Below the pieces are notes generated by a model. The model made no database searches and had not been told where the DNA came from. It worked only from the letters and a program-made list of their open reading frames with translations. A DNA stretch of 64,000 nucleotides from Takakia lepidozioides (lineage: Eukaryota > Plantae > Bryophyta). This document shows positions 63,221 to 64,000 of this stretch, piece after piece. The stretch spans positions 70,122,001-70,186,000 of the forward strand of contig CM060733.1 of assembly GCA_030704615.1 (NCBI GenBank). Reading direction: 5' to 3'. The position numbers and the translations under genes were made by a program. Numbering within the stretch: position 1 is the stretch's first letter; every line of letters begins with the position of its first letter.

Positions 63221-64000
63221 TCTGTGTCTAAATTCATCCATGCAAACAACACTTCCGCCACTACTACAACAACAGGCAGTTACAACAACTCATTGACGAA
63301 CCTTCCAATGAGAGATAACATGCAAATCTAGCCAAATATGTAAATGTACTAGAAAATCACATTTTGCCCCAAGAATCCCACTGGAAGGTGCAGGAAGAAG
63401 TCTCTTCAGCCAAAGGTTGATGGGCCACCTAGTTCAGAGTAAATGTTACAAGGGGATGGAAAAGATGGAAGCTGCAGCTTAAATGACATGGTGATTGTCA
63501 AGATGATGTACTCAACTTTGCTAGAAATTCACACCTTCGGCTTACCACACATGATTGTTATAACCCCGTAAATGTACTTGCAGCTACATACATGTTGTCA
63601 GGTAGTTTTTAATACTAGTAAAATTAACTAGTTCACTAGTTAATGTGAAACTAGTTAATTTACTAGTTAGTGTGAAAATAACTAATTTCCTAGTGTGAAA
63701 CTAGCTAGAATAAACCTAGTTATTTGTTCTTAACACTTGGAATAAGTTCAAGTGTTAAATCAGGTGTCAAGGTCAACTTGACACCTGGAGAGAGCTTATC
63801 CTCACGCTCGTGGTCGTTGTTAGAGGACTGTCTGGGACTTAGACACTTATACGGGATCTGTGGGGTACCCTTAATTTTTGCACAGACTGAGACCAACAGG
63901 AGCCTTAGGGGTGACAGCAGCGCACTGTAGGGGGGGTTACACAGCCCGTCACAGTCCGACACAGCCGACACAGCCAGACACAGTCAACACAGCTCGTCAC

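Overview
Eukaryotic, intron-containing DNA from a land plant, probably a non-seed plant given the mass of PLS-PPR/DYW sequence (inference). It is transposon-rich. Three apparently intact host genes are present: a Kazal-type protease inhibitor (27389-28655 +), EBP1/PA2G4 (29931-34092 -) and a folate-receptor-family protein (50230-53229 -). The rest is decayed PPR-DYW pseudogene arrays, Helitron2/Helentron-like units joined head-to-tail and carrying captured gene fragments, LINE/SINE remnants, and three related Mutator-like (MULE) DNA transposons. The main signal is the complete 11.5-kb MULE at 12893-24402 (imperfect TIRs, 9-bp TSD). It encodes a GCM-like/DDE/SWIM transposase and, divergently, a spliced partner gene fusing a ParB/Srx-like domain (DGNHR) to a permuted beta-class N4/N6 DNA methyltransferase-like domain. 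The introns of that gene carry arrays of a ~24-bp palindrome. A second, truncated family member has the same two-gene layout but a different palindrome with the same CGTTGACG core in the equivalent intron. A third member has yet another palindrome array and a RING-H2 cargo. Together this suggests a transposon-encoded, element-specific parS/ParB-like self-recognition and DNA-modification (possibly anti-silencing) system. That interpretation is a hypothesis; all domain calls are from motif recognition by eye, not database searches.
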